DNA of 64,000 bases from an uncultured Acidobacteriaceae bacterium (lineage in GTDB: Bacteria; Acidobacteriota; Terriglobia; Terriglobales; Acidobacteriaceae), in the NCBI GenBank assembly GCA_963823865.1, contig CAWGNC010000003.1:1603842-1667841 (forward strand), written 5' to 3'. A model generated the notes under the pieces. The model was not told the origin of the DNA. It worked only from the letters and a program-made list of their open reading frames with translations, and did not search any database. The position numbers and the translations under genes are program-made. Position 1 is the stretch's first letter. Each line of letters begins with the position of its first letter. Below are positions 29,190 through 43,456 of this stretch, piece by piece.

Positions 29190-30389
29190 ATGCCTTTACA
29201 TTCCGCAATCTTCAAAGAGCTTTCTTATGTGTTTATCGCCGCCATCCTTGGCGGTGCTTTGGCTTGGCGTCTGCGGCAGCCGCTCATCCTGGGATACGTG
29301 CTGGCGGGCATTGCGATCAGCCCGTACACGCTGGGCCCGCGCGTCAACGAGACTCACACCTTCCAGGTCATCGCCGAGGTCGGCGTTGTCTTCCTGATGT
29401 TCTCCATCGGGCTGGAGTTCTCGATTGCCGAATTGCTGGAGGTGAAGTGGGTCTCGCTGATCGGCGGACCGTTGGGTGTCATCCTGCTGTCGGCGCTGGG
29501 CGCGGGCATCGGCGCCGCGATGGGATGGGGCGCCATGTGCGGCCTGGTCATGGGGATGATCATCTCGGTCGCCAGTACCATGGTGCTGTCGCGCCTGCTG
29601 ATCGACCGTGGTGAGCTGCAGTCGCCGCACGGCAAAGTGATGATCGGCATCACGCTGGTGGAAGACCTGGTCGTGGTCGTACTGACCATCCTGATGCCTG
29701 CGCTGGTCAGCCTGACTCCGCATCACCTGCTAGGCATCGGGATGGCGCTTGGGAAAGCCGCGCTGATACTGGCGCCGATCGGAATTCTGGCCGTATATCT
29801 GGTGCCGCGCTGGCTGACCCAGGTGGCGCGCTCTCAAAATAACGAGTTGTTCTTGCTGGTGATTCTCGCGGTCTGCCTGGGCACCGCCGCATTGACCGAA
29901 GCGGTGGGGCTTTCGCTGGCGCTGGGCGCCTTCGCCGCCGGACTCATCATCAGCGCATCCGATTATGCGCACCGCGCTCTGGAACAGTTACTGCCGCTGC
30001 GTGACGCATTTGTTGCGCTGTTCTTCGTGACCGTCGGCATCCTCATCAACCCGCACGAAATCCTGCGGCACCCGCTACTGCTCGCCGTCATTCTGGCGAT
30101 GGTCGTCATCGGCAAGTTCGTGGTGTGGGCGGGAGTGGTGAAGCTGTTCGGCTATCCCATGCGAACGGCTGCGTTGACGGGCATCGGGCTGACGCAGATC
30201 GGCGAGTTCTCGTTCATCCTGGTGCAGGTAGCACACGCCAACGGGCTGGTCGGCGACGAGTTTTACTCGGCAACGCTGGCAGTGTCGCTGCTGTCGATTC
30301 TGATCAATGCGACACTGGTGAGGATGGCACCGCGGTGGTTGAGCGCAACGGGCGGACGGCGGCGTGCAGCGACCAAGGTTTTATCTTGA
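29190..30389 (+). CDS. cation:proton antiporter (CPA2, Kef/NapA-like membrane domain)
   Basis: 399 aa with about 12 TM segments and typical Na_H_exchanger composition (GYVLAGIAISPYTLG..., EVGVVFLMFSIGLEF). Confidence 0.85.
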   Translation: MPLHSAIFKELSYVFIAAILGGALAWRLRQPLILGYVLAGIAISPYTLGPRVNETHTFQVIAEVGVVFLMFSIGLEFSIAELLEVKWVSLIGGPLGVILLSALGAGIGAAMGWGAMCGLVMGMIISVASTMVLSRLLIDRGELQSPHGKVMIGITLVEDLVVVVLTILMPALVSLTPHHLLGIGMALGKAALILAPIGILAVYLVPRWLTQVARSQNNELFLLVILAVCLGTAALTEAVGLSLALGAFAAGLIISASDYAHRALEQLLPLRDAFVALFFVTVGILINPHEILRHPLLLAVILAMVVIGKFVVWAGVVKLFGYPMRTAALTGIGLTQIGEFSFILVQVAHANGLVGDEFYSATLAVSLLSILINATLVRMAPRWLSATGGRRRAATKVLS

Positions 30390-30452
30390 GCGCAGCGCAG
30401 CGGAGACCAGGACTTTCAGACGGCAACCCCGAGCTTGTCTAACAAGCAGCCA

Positions 30453-30489
30453 CATCAAAACGAGAAAGGGCGGCATCGCTGCCGCCCTT
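30453..30489 (-). terminator. intrinsic terminator of ahcY
   Basis: On the minus strand: 10-bp stem AAGGGCGGCA/TGCCGCCCTT, a 4-nt loop, then TTCTCGTTTT. Confidence 0.65.
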
Positions 30490-30520
30490 CAACTACTTGC
30501 CATGGCGGTCGCGTCGTCGT

Positions 30521-30553
30521 AACTGACAACTGACCACCGGCAACTGACAACTG
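30521..30553 (-). repeat. heptamer array (sense CAGTTGT-type) 2 nt after the ahcY stop
   Basis: 7-nt periodicity: AACTGAC AACTGAC CACCGGC AACTGAC AACTG. A 31-nt core is identical to 32086-32116. Confidence 0.9.
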
Positions 30554-30555
30554 CT

Positions 30556-32019
<1,464 letters not shown>

Positions 32020-32075
32020 TTACGCGCACATGCTGCAACGACCCACAGCTGTGCCGAGCAATCGGGACGACCACG

Positions 32076-32116
32076 ACAACTGTTGCTGACAACTGACCAC
32101 CGGCAACTGACAACTG
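32076..32116 (-). repeat. heptamer array 2 nt after the metK stop
   Basis: ACAACTG TTGCTG ACAACTG ACCACCG GCAACTG ACAACTG. It contains the 31-mer identical to the one behind ahcY. Confidence 0.9.
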
Positions 32117-32118
32117 AT

Positions 32119-33306
<1,188 letters not shown>

Positions 33307-33580
33307 AATAGAACTCCTTTTATGGTCAGCCACTCGGGGCGATACAGAGCGAATCAGCTGGACACAGTGATACTGCGGTCAGTTGAAGCCTTACCGAAGA
33401 GGATAGCGAGCAACTGGGAAACTCCCAATATTTTACGGCCAAAAGGGGCGTTTCGACCATTTAAACGGTGGAAATCGGCATTGAATCTGTTGCCTGAAAA
33501 GACGCCTATGGGAACCGCCATCTTATTGACGGTGCGAGGGCTATGCGAGCACAACAGCGGCCAGAGTACACTCAGCACCC

Positions 33581-34099
33581 ATGGGTGACCTGAGACAGAC
33601 CGTAGAACTGGATTTATGTTACTCCGCGTGGGCAAGCCGCATGTTGCTGTCGGCATCTTCTGAGCTGCCCGTTGCCGACAGAAGCCTGGACCTTATGCTG
33701 TCGCATGGCAGCGTGCTGGCCACCTTGCACCACGCCTACGTGTCTGAGCAGTTTTGGACGCAGTGCCTGCTGGCCAATAAGATTCCACCGCTCGATCAGA
33801 TCGGCGTCGCGCCGAAGCCCGCAGCGTTTGCTCTGGAGGATCTGGAGCAATCGTGGACGGAGGTATGGAGCAGTCTGGAACAGTGGCTGGCTTCGGTTAC
33901 GGATGAGGAGCTTGCGCAACCGCTGAGCTGCCGCATTTCGGCAGAGATCGAATTCCCCTACATACGCTGGCAGGTGGTCCGGCACTTCGTCAATCATTCC
34001 ACGCTGCACCGCGGGCAGGTTGTCGGCATGATCCGTAGTTTGGGCAAGCGGCCGCCCAACGTCGACCTGATGACGTACTTGTTGAAGGACCGCCGCTAG
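33581..34099 (+). CDS. DinB-family (DinB_2/YfiT-like) protein
   Basis: 172 aa with a four-helix His-triad pattern (...LHHAYVSEQFW..., NHSTLHRGQVVGMIR). Confidence 0.8.
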   Translation: MGDLRQTVELDLCYSAWASRMLLSASSELPVADRSLDLMLSHGSVLATLHHAYVSEQFWTQCLLANKIPPLDQIGVAPKPAAFALEDLEQSWTEVWSSLEQWLASVTDEELAQPLSCRISAEIEFPYIRWQVVRHFVNHSTLHRGQVVGMIRSLGKRPPNVDLMTYLLKDRR

Positions 34100-34827
34100 T
34101 CTCGGGAAGCGGACGGCAACCGGCTTGTGATCTTGCCGTTTTCGTCCAGAAACTCCACAACCGGTGACCCGTCGGGCTGAACTCGAATCACCAGGCGGTC
34201 GCGGCCTTGTTCATCCTTCAGGCGGAGCGCGACAGAACGGTCATCGCTGCGGCCCAGCACGATGCGCGGCTCAGAGTGGGGCGTGGTGGCGCGGAACTGC
34301 TTCCATGCGGCCGCTTGCCGATCCTCCGGTAGCTTGCCGATGCGCTCCGCTGCCGCAATGTCCTCCGTGATCGGATGGTCGGGCTGATCGATCACGCGCA
34401 ACTCAGAGGTGCGCTTGCCGTTCTCTTCCCCCGCATCGATGCTGAACACCTGGTCCTGCTCGTACTGATCGAAGCTGAGATGACCGTAGCTGCTGACTTT
34501 TCCCTGCTTGTCCTTGCTGCCGCCAAAGATCAGCCCGCCGTTCTCCGTGCCTTCATCATTGAAGAACAACATGCCCGCGGTGCTGCGGTCGGGATGAGGC
34601 GTTTCTTTTCCCTTGATGATGATGCCCGGGAACTCGGCCTTGTTGGAGATGACCAGGCGCAGCGTCCCGTCGGGCTCGATGACGTTAATCCGATGTACAT
34701 CAATTTCGTCGAACGTCTGCTTCCGCCGGGATTCGGCGAAGCCGGCGAGTACGACCACGGCGAAGGCAACGGTTAGAACTCCGGAGTAGATGGCCAGGAA
34801 ACGCGGACTGGAGAAAAGCTTAGTCAT
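34096..34827 (-). CDS. hypothetical membrane-anchored protein
   Basis: 243-aa ORF with an N-terminal TM segment (FLAIYSGVLTVAFAVVVLAGF). No family was recognised. It shares a palindromic CTAG stop overlap with the DinB gene. Confidence 0.55.
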   Translation of the reverse strand: MTKLFSSPRFLAIYSGVLTVAFAVVVLAGFAESRRKQTFDEIDVHRINVIEPDGTLRLVISNKAEFPGIIIKGKETPHPDRSTAGMLFFNDEGTENGGLIFGGSKDKQGKVSSYGHLSFDQYEQDQVFSIDAGEENGKRTSELRVIDQPDHPITEDIAAAERIGKLPEDRQAAAWKQFRATTPHSEPRIVLGRSDDRSVALRLKDEQGRDRLVIRVQPDGSPVVEFLDENGKITSRLPSASRD

Positions 34828-34903
34828 GGGAAGATGCTAGCGCAGGAAGCGCGCGGATCGAATGCGGAATTCTTGTTCATCACGAGGAGGCCTTCAGGCC
34901 GAT

Positions 34904-34944
34904 GAGGGATCTGCTTTCCAGCGCGCGCGAACAGCAGATCCCTC
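34904..34944 (-). terminator. 12-bp hairpin downstream of kdsA
   Basis: GAGGGATCTGCT / AGCAGATCCCTC with a 17-nt GC-rich loop and no clear U-tract. Confidence 0.35.
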
Positions 34945-35010
34945 GCCAAGAACATGGCGCTCGTGATGACAATATACGGAATGACTGGGAGCCTATCGTG
35001 GTCGGCCTTA

Positions 35011-35850
35011 CTACTTCAGCGCCGAATGGATCGCGATGAGTTGGTCGAGCACCTCTGGCAGGAGTTTCAGATCGAGCGCATTGGCGCCGTCGGATTTTGC
35101 TTGGGCTGGGTTATCGTGCACTTCCATGAAAACGCCATCTACTCCGGCAGCCACAGCCGCGCGCGCGAGCAGTGGGATGTATTCAGGCTGGCCACCGCTG
35201 ACTGCCGCACCATCGCCAGCGCTGGCTGACGGCAGTTGCACGGAGTGCGTTGCATCGAAGACCACCGGCGCAAACTTGCGCATGATAGCCAGCGAGCGCA
35301 TGTCTACTACGAGATTGTTATAGCCGAAGCTGGCGCCGCGTTCGGTCAGGAAGACGCGCTCGCCGCCCGCTTCGCGAACCTTGTCGACGGCATGACGCAT
35401 ATCCCACGGCGAAACGAACTGGCCCTTCTTCACATTGACTGCACAGCCACTCTTTCCGGCCGCCACCAGCAGATCAGTTTGACGGCACAGGAACGCCGGA
35501 ATCTGCAGAACGTCTACCGCTTCCGCCACTTGCGGAACATCGACAGCTTCATGAACGTCGGTAAGCACGGGAATCTTGGCGATATCACGGATCCTCCGAA
35601 GGATGCGTAATCCCTCTTTTAATCCAGGTCCGCGGAAGCTGCGAATCGAGGTGCGATTAGCTTTGTCGTAGGAAGCCTTGAAGATATATGGCAGCTTCTT
35701 CTGCCGTGCGATCGCGGAAATCGCTTCGGCCATTCCGAGCGCGTGCTCCTCGCTCTCGATCACGCAAGGGCCAGCGATGAGGAAAAGCTTGCCTCCGCCG
35801 ATGGTTACGTCTCCGACTTGGAAGGACTGCGACAGCTCTCGGTCCGTCAT
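35011..35850 (-). CDS. kdsA: 3-deoxy-8-phosphooctulonate (KDO-8-P) synthase
   Basis: 279 aa with LFLIAGPCVIESEE, KASYDKANRTS and DATHSVQLP motifs. Confidence 0.9.
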   Translation of the reverse strand: MTDRELSQSFQVGDVTIGGGKLFLIAGPCVIESEEHALGMAEAISAIARQKKLPYIFKASYDKANRTSIRSFRGPGLKEGLRILRRIRDIAKIPVLTDVHEAVDVPQVAEAVDVLQIPAFLCRQTDLLVAAGKSGCAVNVKKGQFVSPWDMRHAVDKVREAGGERVFLTERGASFGYNNLVVDMRSLAIMRKFAPVVFDATHSVQLPSASAGDGAAVSGGQPEYIPLLARAAVAAGVDGVFMEVHDNPAQAKSDGANALDLKLLPEVLDQLIAIHSALK

Positions 35851-36620
35851 TGCGCCGGGGCCGGCTTGGTTGAGGTAGGAGGCGTGCGAAGATCCACAAT
35901 CTTCGTCGTTGCCGGAAGAACGAACAGGCGCGCGTCGGGTTCTCCCAGCTTCAGATCGGTTACATTGAAGAATTGGTCGCCGTGCATAGGATCGAGTCGT
36001 GTCACTTGCAAGTTGAGTCCAAGCTGTTTCGAGTACCAGAATTCTTTGGTGTACTCCAGAGACGTGTTGCTGCCGTTGGGATCCGTCGGCAACACTGTGC
36101 TCTCGCGCGTTCCGGTTGTTTCCAGTCCGTCGATGACCTTCGCTCCCAGGTTCACGCGGTTTACGGGCCGGTTCGTGTCGAACTCTTCCGACGAAGCGAC
36201 CAACGCGTTCGCGGGAATGTCGTAGGCCCGCAACTCACACGAACTCAGATCAGGCTCACAAAAATACTTGGTGTGCGCCATTGGGTCGCTGATCTCGATG
36301 CGAAGCAGTAGGCTCGGACGCATTCCACTACCAGGAACCAAGTCACGGCGCTCCTGATAAATCCTGCCTTTGCCATCCCGAACCACCAGCCTGCGGTTTC
36401 TGCGGGTGAAGGTCGAGCCGTCGGGCAGATACTTTGTCCATTCGGTTGTAACCGTCGCCTGAAAAGGTGCGCTGGGCAGCGGCGAAATGAAGATGCTGGA
36501 AATCATCTCGCGCGCCCCAAAATCGCGGGCGTGCGGAACATCTGTCGGATCCTGAGAGTATGCAGGCAAACATGCAAGTAATAGCGACGCCAGGAAAAGC
36601 AGAGACGGCATCCTTCTCAT
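35847..36620 (-). CDS. hypothetical secreted protein
   Basis: Signal peptide MRRMPSLLFLASLLLACLPAYSQ. It overlaps the kdsA start by 4 nt and sits between pyrG and kdsA. Confidence 0.6.
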   Translation of the reverse strand: MRRMPSLLFLASLLLACLPAYSQDPTDVPHARDFGAREMISSIFISPLPSAPFQATVTTEWTKYLPDGSTFTRRNRRLVVRDGKGRIYQERRDLVPGSGMRPSLLLRIEISDPMAHTKYFCEPDLSSCELRAYDIPANALVASSEEFDTNRPVNRVNLGAKVIDGLETTGTRESTVLPTDPNGSNTSLEYTKEFWYSKQLGLNLQVTRLDPMHGDQFFNVTDLKLGEPDARLFVLPATTKIVDLRTPPTSTKPAPAQ

Positions 36621-36673
36621 GCGACACCTCGGGATGCCGTTAATGTTACCTCACATGTCTCAGCGATAAAAGG

Positions 36674-38429
<1,756 letters not shown>

Positions 38430-38480
38430 TCAGCGCAATCAGGGTGGAGCGCGTATGCGTGCACGACCAATTATGACTGG

Positions 38481-38524
38481 AAACGCTCCCTGGAGCAAGA
38501 TGGTCTTTGCTCTCGGGAGCGTTT
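38481..38524 (-). terminator. long hairpin after the PEP-CTERM gene
   Basis: AAACGCTCCC..GAGCAA / TTGCTC..GGGAGCGTTT, an interrupted stem of about 16 bp flanked by A/T runs. Confidence 0.5.
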
Positions 38525-38564
38525 TTACTTCTTGGGGAAGGACATCTGTTCTTACGGCAAAAGC

Positions 38565-39245
38565 TTAGCTGAATATCTTTTTTCGCAGCACTGCCAGTAT
38601 GCCAGTCCCGAGCAACAGGAACGTTCCGGGCTCGGGTGTCGAAGCGCTAGCCGCACCGCCGCTGCTGGAAGCATCCTGACCGAGATACATGAATTCCTGC
38701 ATACTGTTGGGATCGGGATCGTGCTGGTCTACTGGGGTAAGAATGTAGACTTTGTTGAAATCGGACCCGGGGAAGCCAATGTGTTCCTGCGCCTGAGCTG
38801 CGGCAATCCAAGTAGAAGCATCGCCAAACAGGGGAGCGGCGGAATCGAAGATATGCCAAACCGCATATGTCATCGATTTCCACTCGGTGGGATTCTCAAC
38901 TTGGGTCTGTAACAGGATCCAACCAGCCTCATCGTACAGTTCGAGTGCGTACAGAGCGTTCGGACCGACTAGGTTATTGAACCGCACCTTGGAAAGATTG
39001 TCGCTGCCCAGGACGGTTAGGTTGGCCGACCACTGATCTCCCGGCATCCCGCCGTGGGCATAGTCGTCGCACATCACTGCGTAAATCAGAGAGTTGGGAC
39101 CATTGACGGGCTCAATGAAATACGGGTACCCATTCGTCCAGTCGCCACCGCTCCAATTCACAAATTGCCATTCGGTAGGATCCGCATGAGCATAGACAGA
39201 CCCAAATACACACATCAGAACAGCCAACAGCAACAACCGACGCAT
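38565..39245 (-). CDS. PEP-CTERM sorting-domain secreted protein (paralog of 8705..9382)
   Basis: Signal peptide present and a strong SD (GGGGGAGGG). The C-terminus is ASTPEPGTFLLLGTGILAVLRKKIFS. It shares the AVMCDDYAH motif set with the 8705 protein. Confidence 0.85.
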   Translation of the reverse strand: MRRLLLLAVLMCVFGSVYAHADPTEWQFVNWSGGDWTNGYPYFIEPVNGPNSLIYAVMCDDYAHGGMPGDQWSANLTVLGSDNLSKVRFNNLVGPNALYALELYDEAGWILLQTQVENPTEWKSMTYAVWHIFDSAAPLFGDASTWIAAAQAQEHIGFPGSDFNKVYILTPVDQHDPDPNSMQEFMYLGQDASSSGGAASASTPEPGTFLLLGTGILAVLRKKIFS

Positions 39246-39976
39246 ATTCCCTCCCCCTTAGGTCACCGGTTCAACAACTGCTACGCACCACACCAGCCCT
39301 CATATCCGGAACCACGTTTGCAGAGGGAAAAGCGAGAGCAAAAATGCCTTCTAGCCCACTGCAATGGAGAGACTTCTGATCCTCCACGGACGCAATTCGA
39401 ATGGCGCAGATACAAACCTCCTGGCCGGGATCGCTCCGCGTGGCGCCACAGAGTCCCCAACGCACTACCGCTCGGATGTCTTGAGATCCCCGCCGCCTGC
39501 CCCACAGCGGCTAAACAGCGTTGGCTCTCGGTCCGGCATCCTTAGCCGTAGACTTTCTCTAGAACTAGACAAATCCCTCGGCCGTAACTTCTTCAGAAAC
39601 GGTCAACGGATGACGAGCTAACCGTGAATTCAGTTGGTTAGGTGGACCGATGTCGCACCCAGCGACTGGGCGGACTACGGCTCTCTTTATCGCATTGCAA
39701 TCCACATTCCGCGAAATTGCCTTATAAATGCTCTACTTAGAATTTCCAACATGCAAGGAATTGCAACATTGTAGATGAACATTTCCCCACGAATCGGGTA
39801 TTTTAGCCGCCGTCCCAGTGGAAAAATCCCACCCAAACCGTTATCTTAGACTCCCTTTTCTTAGCATCTTAGTGGTGCAACAGATGGTGCCGACACACAG
39901 TCGGCTCTAGACGAGCCCTGACAATCGTTGTACTTCTTCTCAAGATCCCAGGCAGGGAAACCGATATTTTGCACGA

Positions 39977-41299
39977 ATGACGTTTTCACGGGCGAGCTCG
40001 AGTTGGACGAGCGGCGGTCTTCGACGCGCCCACCCGACGCTCATTTCTGCAATTACGTTCCGTCCTTGGCAAAGTCGTCTCAATCGCATGCTTGCGGTCT
40101 CGTCTCTGTGCCTCCTGTCGGGATGCTACTTCGCATTGGTCATCGCGCCCGTCGCGTTGGGAGGGAAAGCGCCAACCGTTCAGCAAGGTCTCTTTCCCGA
40201 ATGGCTCGGCGTCAGAGAGATTCTGCAAAGGGGCAATCCCTACCGTCAGGAGGTAACGGACCAAATTCAGGCGGCAAGCTACGGCTCAACACCGCCGGGC
40301 AAGCGAGTCAATCAGCAGCGATTTGCTTACCCTGTCTATTTCGCGTTTCTGTTTCTACCGTTGGCGGTCGTCCCGTTTTCCGTGGCCCGAATCCTAGCTT
40401 TCGCTGGCTGCCTGGCATCGACAATCGCCACCGTTCATCTGTGGTGCAGATGGCGGGGGTGGCAGCCGGCAGCGACCGTGATTGTGGGGCTGTTTGTCTT
40501 TGCCAGCTATCCCGCGATCCTGGGACTGCAGTTATGCCAGCCGTCGCTTCTTATCGCTGGTTTGTTAGCGGTGGTCGTGTATTGGGTCCACTCAGGGCGG
40601 CTCGTTCCGGCGGGGATTCTGGCCGCACTCTGCAGCGCGAAGCCCCAGCTGGCGGTCGCGGTCTTGTTGCCCTTGTCGATCTGGGCAGCAGCCCAGTGGC
40701 ACACTCGAAAACGATTCGTCATGGCATACGGCTGCTCCCTTTCCGCGCTACTACTTGCCTCCGACGTCTTGGTCCCCGGCTGGTTTCCTCAATGGCTCAC
40801 GACCATTCGCGCCTATTCGGACTATGCCGGCAGCAAACCCCTGCTGGCTGATTTGCTTCATGCACATTTCGTTTGGGGGACAGCCTCCCTGCTTGTGATC
40901 GCAACTGCCTGGATAAGCCACAAGTTCTGCGAAGTCGATTTGCTCTTCGCAATCAGCTTCTCGATAGCTGTGTTTCAGCTGCTGTTCCCATTTCTTCTGT
41001 ATAACGAGATCCTCCTGTTGCCGGCAACTCTGTGGTTGGTGCGCACACCAGCAGAAGTCAAAACGGCCGGACAGATCTTTGAGCTGCTCTGGGGTTGCTG
41101 TTGGGCGTTATTGATCGCGGGGGCGGCAGCCTCGCTGGGGCTCGCGGTTTCAAACCTTATCGTGCCCGGCTCAGGACTGAAGTTGTGGCAACTTCCATTC
41201 GTGGCGGCATGGCTCTACCCCTGGTCAGTGTTGCTGGCTCTCGCCTGCTACGCAGCTTGCTGGCGAGTTAGATTTGGCGGCGCGAAAGTCCGGCCGTGA
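39977..41299 (+). CDS. DUF2029/GT87-like polytopic membrane glycosyltransferase-like protein
   Basis: 440 aa with about 11 TM segments and the motif FAYPVYFAFLFLPLAVVPF, typical of DUF2029 proteins. Confidence 0.65.
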   Translation: MTFSRASSSWTSGGLRRAHPTLISAITFRPWQSRLNRMLAVSSLCLLSGCYFALVIAPVALGGKAPTVQQGLFPEWLGVREILQRGNPYRQEVTDQIQAASYGSTPPGKRVNQQRFAYPVYFAFLFLPLAVVPFSVARILAFAGCLASTIATVHLWCRWRGWQPAATVIVGLFVFASYPAILGLQLCQPSLLIAGLLAVVVYWVHSGRLVPAGILAALCSAKPQLAVAVLLPLSIWAAAQWHTRKRFVMAYGCSLSALLLASDVLVPGWFPQWLTTIRAYSDYAGSKPLLADLLHAHFVWGTASLLVIATAWISHKFCEVDLLFAISFSIAVFQLLFPFLLYNEILLLPATLWLVRTPAEVKTAGQIFELLWGCCWALLIAGAAASLGLAVSNLIVPGSGLKLWQLPFVAAWLYPWSVLLALACYAACWRVRFGGAKVRP

Positions 41300-42570
41300 T
41301 CCGCAGCTTGGGAGACCGCAAAGCTATTGCCGCTGCGGTTCTGATTGCATTTGCTGGTTATATGTTCCTGAACCTCCGGATTGCTCCGTCCGTCTTCGGC
41401 CGATCCAAGAACGATTTTGCCTGCTTCTACCGCGCCGGCAGAATGGTCCTCGAAGGGGATGGATACCGAATCTATGAACTATCTGCAGAACGCGACTACG
41501 ATGACACGCTGGGAACCAAATCCGTAGATGCGGACGGAAACGCTATTTCCCTGCCCTTTGTTTTCGCGCCTTTCACGCTTGTTCTGTTCGTGCCGATCGC
41601 GGAACTGCCTTTTCGTCAGGCAGCGTTTGTCTGGTACACCCTGAACGTCGCAATACTGCTCGCGCTGCCATTCCTGTTCAGGAGGAGCCTTGATCTTGGC
41701 CCTAAGGCCCTCGTCGTAACCTTGATTGCTCCTCTTTTTTTCCTCCCAGCAATCCTTGCTTTGATACAGGGTCAGCCTGCCATCCTGATGTTGCTGTTCT
41801 TCGTTCTCGCTTACCTTAATTTGGAGTGCGGCCGGGAATTGCGCGCAGGCTGCTGGCTAGGCTTGGCAAGCTTCAAACCGCAATTCGTTCTACCGATGTT
41901 GCTGGCACTCATGGTGTGGCGTAAGAAAAGAGCATTGCTAGCCTTCGTCCTGACTTGTGCCGGCCTGATTGCCGTCTCAATTCCAATGGTGGGATGGCGG
42001 GCGACTTTCGGCTACCCTCGCGCGCTGATGCGATACGCCGGCATGGCAGGCCAGTTTGGTGGGGAACACCCGGCCAGCATGCCAAATCTGCGAGGCTTCT
42101 TATACTCGGCCTGGCACACTCGAGTAACGCCAGCTTTGCTGCAGCTAATTACGTTTGCAATCTCATTAGTGCTGCTGGCGGCCATGGCGTGCGTGCTGGA
42201 GCGGTGGAAGAAACTCTCGTGGGACGCCTTCTCATTGGTGCTCATCGTCACATTGCTGACCAGCTATCACGCCTACTTGCACGACGATTCGCTTCTGCTT
42301 CTGCCTTGTCTCATCCTCGGAAGACAGGTGCTTCACTGCAATGAACCTGTTTTTCAAGTGTTGGCGTTTTCGAGTATCGCGGCCGTCTTTATCGTGCCCT
42401 TGGTTCCGACTTCACTGACTACGACAGCTTCGCAGATGTTTGTGGTTATCCTGGCGTCCGCGACCCTGATGTCCGTTCGCATGTTCATGACAGATAACAC
42501 CGCACCACCGCCAGAAGAGATGAAGGGGCGTTCAGTTTCCGTTGACGCCAGATCCCTGGTTTCACGTTAG
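41296..42570 (+). CDS. DUF2029/GT87-like polytopic membrane glycosyltransferase-like protein
   Basis: 424 aa with DFACFYRAGRMVLEG and LPFVFAPFTLVLFVPIAELPF. It overlaps the preceding paralog by 4 nt (GTGA). Confidence 0.7.
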   Translation: MIRSLGDRKAIAAAVLIAFAGYMFLNLRIAPSVFGRSKNDFACFYRAGRMVLEGDGYRIYELSAERDYDDTLGTKSVDADGNAISLPFVFAPFTLVLFVPIAELPFRQAAFVWYTLNVAILLALPFLFRRSLDLGPKALVVTLIAPLFFLPAILALIQGQPAILMLLFFVLAYLNLECGRELRAGCWLGLASFKPQFVLPMLLALMVWRKKRALLAFVLTCAGLIAVSIPMVGWRATFGYPRALMRYAGMAGQFGGEHPASMPNLRGFLYSAWHTRVTPALLQLITFAISLVLLAAMACVLERWKKLSWDAFSLVLIVTLLTSYHAYLHDDSLLLLPCLILGRQVLHCNEPVFQVLAFSSIAAVFIVPLVPTSLTTTASQMFVVILASATLMSVRMFMTDNTAPPPEEMKGRSVSVDARSLVSR

Positions 42571-42751
42571 GTGAAACGCTCGCCAAGGTTTTCGAGCCGC
42601 TGCGGCTCGGTGGAGGCGTGTCGAAGAACTGCTTCTCGCCGTTCCGGATGGAGACCGCCAATCCGCACCAGCAGCAGCGTCCTACACTCCGCTTCGGTCT
42701 TGTCGGGACAACAACGAGAGGTGAAAAACGTTCCTAAGCTCGCCTGACTCT

Positions 42752-43456
42752 TTACCGCCGCTCGGGCGGCAACGCGCTGGCAATTGAATCTCTCACAGCC
42801 AACATTAGCGTGTCCCGATCCGCATAATCGTGCGGCTCAATCGGCGAATGAAAAATTACCGTCGCCGTTCCTTTGCGCAACGCGAAGCGCCGCTTCGGCC
42901 AGCTTTCGAAGGTTCCTAGCAGCGTAACCGGAATCACCGGAACGCCGGAGTCCATTGCGAGATGGAATGGGCCTTTCTTGAAAGGCAGCAGCCGTCCATC
43001 GCTCGAGCGCGTTCCCTCAGGATAGATCACCATGTGCAAGCCTTTCTTCAGAACCTCGGTCGCTGCGCGAACACTCTCGATGGCTGCTTCGCGGTCCGAA
43101 CGATCGACGGGCACCAGGTCCGCCTGATGCATTCCCGTCCCTAGGATTGGAGTGCGGAAGAGCTCTTTCTTCACCAGCACCGAACAACGTCCGGGGATGC
43201 TCGGAACCAGTACCGGCGGATCGAGGTTCGAAACGTGGTTGGACATAAAGATGTAGTTCTGGCCGGGACGAAGGCTTTCCATCCCTTGCAAAACGATCTT
43301 CACGCCCACCAGTCGGACCCCGAGGATGCCGAGGCGCGTCGCGATGTTATACAGCGGGTTGATATTTCCGGTGAGGGCGGCGAACAGGACCAGAGGCGGG
43401 CCGACGATCAGGATCGAAACTCCCCAAAACGCCAGCAACGCGACCGCCCTAATCAA
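42752..43456 (-). CDS. plsC: 1-acyl-sn-glycerol-3-phosphate acyltransferase
   Basis: NHVSNLDP (HX4D) and YPEGTRS motifs. The TTG start overlaps the stop of the M61 gene. Confidence 0.85.
   Translation of the reverse strand: MIRAVALLAFWGVSILIVGPPLVLFAALTGNINPLYNIATRLGILGVRLVGVKIVLQGMESLRPGQNYIFMSNHVSNLDPPVLVPSIPGRCSVLVKKELFRTPILGTGMHQADLVPVDRSDREAAIESVRAATEVLKKGLHMVIYPEGTRSSDGRLLPFKKGPFHLAMDSGVPVIPVTLLGTFESWPKRRFALRKGTATVIFHSPIEPHDYADRDTLMLAVRDSIASALPPERR

Noticed and set aside
33307-33580. Search for a SAM riboswitch in the metK leader, and for a SAH riboswitch in the ahcY leader (31834-32118).
   Set aside because: I could not find the conserved SAM-I/SAM-II or SAH cores by eye. The ahcY leader is occupied by the dispersed hairpin modules. 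An Infernal scan would be decisive.
39876-39891. Minus-strand GGCAC-N6-TTGCA box in the spacer upstream of the PEP-CTERM gene at 38565-39245.
   Set aside because: The spacing is one nucleotide too long (GG-N11-GC), and the box lies about 630 nt from the start codon.
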